A stretch of 17,807 nt of DNA. It comes from Candidatus Eiseniibacteriota bacterium. Its GTDB lineage: Bacteria > Eisenbacteria > RBG-16-71-46. Below, piece after piece: positions 15,856 through 17,807 of the stretch (its first letter is position 1; the number at the start of each line of letters is the position of its first letter). The translations under genes were made by a program, and so were the position numbers. Location: assembly GCA_044222065.1 (NCBI GenBank), contig JBGAOA010000080.1:1-17807 (forward strand), written 5' to 3'. The notes below the pieces were generated by a model. That model was not told the origin of the DNA. It saw only the letters and a list, made by a program, of their open reading frames with translations, and searched no databases.

Positions 15856-16022
15856 GCGTCCTCCCGGTGGGCGCGCGCGAGCGCGCGCCGCTCTGGCGAA
15901 CAGCGGTCGTGTCGGGGAGTGGGACGTGGGAGCGGCCCGGTCACTCGAGGGGGATCCGAGTTCGTCGCGCGCGGAGCCGCGAGGAGGTGCGGAGGCGCGC
16001 GACGCGAGCCGGCGACGGACAC

Positions 16023-16038
16023 TGCAAGCGCGGTGCCG
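16023..16038 (-). promoter_or_regulatory. Putative sigma54 (-24/-12) promoter for the FN3/FlgD gene
   Basis: CGGCACCGCGCTTGCA on the minus strand is GG-N10-GC and matches TGGCAC-N5-TTGCA. It lies about 170 bp upstream of the ATG. Confidence 0.7.
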
Positions 16039-16245
16039 CGACCGGCACGGCGGCGATCGGGCCGCGCATCGCGTTGCGGCGAGGCGCGCAGTGCGTTCGC
16101 ACGCACGCGCGGCGGAGCGCGCGTGGAAGTTCTGCGCATCGCTTTGCAGAAATTGCAGCGCGGCCGATTCGCCGAGCGCGTCCGGGCGGGCGGATCGGGT
16201 TCCGCGACTCCGGATGCGCGCGGAGGCCGGAAACGCCCTCAACGA

Positions 16246-16277
16246 CGCAGGCCCGCGGGCGAACCCGCGGGCCTGCG
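16246..16277 (-). terminator. Hairpin downstream of the DUF2911 gene
   Basis: 14-bp perfect stem CGCAGGCCCGCGGG/CCCGCGGGCCTGCG with a UUCG loop on the minus strand. The U tail is weak. Confidence 0.7.
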
Positions 16278-16303
16278 CGTGACGGAGTGCCGCGGGCGGA
16301 CGG

Positions 16304-17164
16304 CTACTTCGCCTTCCACTCCGCGACGAGCTTCTCGAGCGAGGTCATGTCCGGCTTGTCGGCGCTCTTCTTGCCGTCCTCGATCGCGAGCGCGGCGCTC
16401 GCGATCGCGTCCTTCGTCTTGCCTTCCTTCGCCTGCCAGCGGGCGAGGAGGCCGAGCGTCGAGTAGTTCTTCGTGATCGCGAGCGCCTGGTCGAGCCAGC
16501 CGCGGCCCTCGGCGAGCGCCTGGTCGTTGTCGAGGCACCAGCGCGCGGCACTCACGCGCATCCGCCAGTCGTCGGCCTTCGCCGCAGCGAGCGAAGTGCG
16601 CGCGCCGCCGAGCACCGTGCCGGGGAGATCCACGGCGATCGGGACCGACACCGCGAGCTTCTCCCAGCGCAGCACGAGGTCGGCGGAGTTCGCGGTCAGG
16701 TTCTCGAACGAGAAGCGCATCCACTCCTCGTGCTCGGCCGCCGCGGGCTTGACCTTCACGCGCACGACGTCGCGCTCGGGCTTGTACGCGAACGCGCCCC
16801 ACAGCTCCTTCTCGGAGTTGAGCGCCACGGTCCACTCGTCCTTTCCGGGGATCGTGACGAGCGCGTAGCTGCCGGCCGCGACCTGCTGGCCGCCGAACGT
16901 CACGTCGGTCGACACGGTGAGGTTCGTCGCTTCGTTCGCGCCCGTCCTCCACGGCTTGTCGTAGGGCACGAGCTCGCCCCAGATCGTGCGGTTCTTCACG
17001 CCGGGACGGCTGTACGAGATCGAGAGGTTCGTGACTCCGACCGTTTGCGTGACCGTGGCGTTCGGGCTCACGCGCGGCAGCTTGAGCTGCGCCGCGGCGG
17101 GGGAGGCGAGGATCGCGAGCGTCGCGACGAGCGCGAAACCCGGTGCAAGGCGATGCGTAGGCAT
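16304..17164 (-). CDS. DUF2911 domain exported protein with C-terminal TPR-like helices, 286 aa
   Basis: 'QLKLPRVSP', 'ISYSRPGVKNRTIWGELVPYDKPWRTGANEAT', 'AGSYALVTIP..DEWTV', 'LRWEKLAV'. GAGGAG RBS before ATG 17164, followed by a signal peptide. Confidence 0.92.
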   Translation of the reverse strand: MPTHRLAPGFALVATLAILASPAAAQLKLPRVSPNATVTQTVGVTNLSISYSRPGVKNRTIWGELVPYDKPWRTGANEATNLTVSTDVTFGGQQVAAGSYALVTIPGKDEWTVALNSEKELWGAFAYKPERDVVRVKVKPAAAEHEEWMRFSFENLTANSADLVLRWEKLAVSVPIAVDLPGTVLGGARTSLAAAKADDWRMRVSAARWCLDNDQALAEGRGWLDQALAITKNYSTLGLLARWQAKEGKTKDAIASAALAIEDGKKSADKPDMTSLEKLVAEWKAK

Positions 17165-17226
17165 GGTTCGATACTCCTCGAACGGATGGACTCGGTGACG
17201 CGGCCGCAGGGTGAGCGAGGCCGCGC

Positions 17227-17255
17227 ACCATAAGCAGACCGCGCTCCCCCGGCAA
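17227..17255 (-). promoter_or_regulatory. sigma70-type promoter for the DUF2911 gene (TTGCCG-N17-TATGGT)
   Basis: -35 at 17255-17250, -10 at 17232-17227. Confidence 0.55.
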
Positions 17256-17285
17256 CCGGCCCCGCGGCCGCGAAGGAGAACCGCG

Positions 17286-17807
17286 ATGGACGTTCGCGAG
17301 GCGCAGCGAGAGATCCACGACGTGTATTGGGGCGGCGGCATCGGCGCGCTCGTCTCGGCCGCGGTGTGGGCGGTGTCCACCGCGCTCACGGCGACCCGAT
17401 CGGAATCCCTCGGCCGGGCGGCGCTGTTCATCGGCGGCGCGTTCATCTTCCCCGGCACGATGCTCGCGCTGCGGCTCCTCGGCCGGCGCGCTTCGATGTC
17501 GCACGAGAATCCGCTCGGCGCGCTCGCGACCCAGATCGCGTTCACGGTGCCGGCCGCGTTCCCGCTCGCGTTCGCGCTCGCACTGTTCCGCCCCGGCTGG
17601 TTCTACCCGGCGGCGCTCGTGATCGTCGGCGCGCACTACCTGCCGTTCATCTTCCTCTATGGCCGCGCCCACTACGGCGTGCTCGCAGGCGTCATGGCGG
17701 GCGCGGGGCTCGCGCTCGGGCTCTACCGGCCGCGCGAGGTCGCGCTCGGCGGCTGGATCGGCGCGGGGCTGTTAGTCGTCTTCGGCGCCTACGTTTTGAT
17801 GACCACG
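17286..17807 (+). CDS. Multi-pass membrane protein, DUF7010-like (runs off the right edge)
   Basis: Manual translation: MDVREAQREIHDVYWGGGIGALVSAAVW...FIGGAFIFP...HENPLGALATQIAF...WFYPAALVIVGAHYLPFIFLYG... AAGGAG RBS at 17272-17277, open to the window end. Family assignment is from recalled motifs only. Confidence 0.78.
   Translation, partial: MDVREAQREIHDVYWGGGIGALVSAAVWAVSTALTATRSESLGRAALFIGGAFIFPGTMLALRLLGRRASMSHENPLGALATQIAFTVPAAFPLAFALALFRPGWFYPAALVIVGAHYLPFIFLYGRAHYGVLAGVMAGAGLALGLYRPREVALGGWIGAGLLVVFGAYVLMTT

Noticed and set aside
10743..16476. 920-aa and 970-aa plus-strand ORFs (10743-13505, 13564-16476)
   Set aside because: Mostly off-frame, Arg-rich readings. Only the last 45 codons of the first (micro-protein) and about 14660-14845 of the second (shifted symporter segment) look real.

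Overview
Very GC-rich bacterial DNA. An FN3+FlgD-Ig 'secretion tail' protein and outer-membrane proteins suggest a diderm of the FCB/Ca. Eisenbacteria type (inference only). About 16 genes, with no rRNA, tRNA, CRISPR or mobile element seen. Left to right: a truncated exported protein; a LytS-family histidine kinase; a membrane PP2C/SpoIIE phosphatase; pdxH; a HAMP histidine kinase coupled to a cupredoxin-like exported protein; a putative OM beta-barrel; a glutaryl-CoA-type acyl-CoA dehydrogenase; ggt; a hypothetical exported protein; a PIG-L/LmbE deacetylase + 45-aa membrane peptide + frameshifted sodium:solute symporter operon; a probable sigma54-driven FN3/FlgD protein; DUF2911; and a truncated DUF7010-like membrane protein. 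The best candidate for an undescribed system is at 180-2677. The LytS kinase and the adjacent PP2C phosphatase carry paralogous ~4-TM sensor domains. Each gene is preceded by the same promoter architecture: two AlgR/LytTR-type CCGTTCRTC boxes 21 bp apart, then CGAYGCTG at an identical distance. This suggests a co-regulated module in which one sensor fold drives both His-kinase and Ser/Thr-phosphatase outputs.
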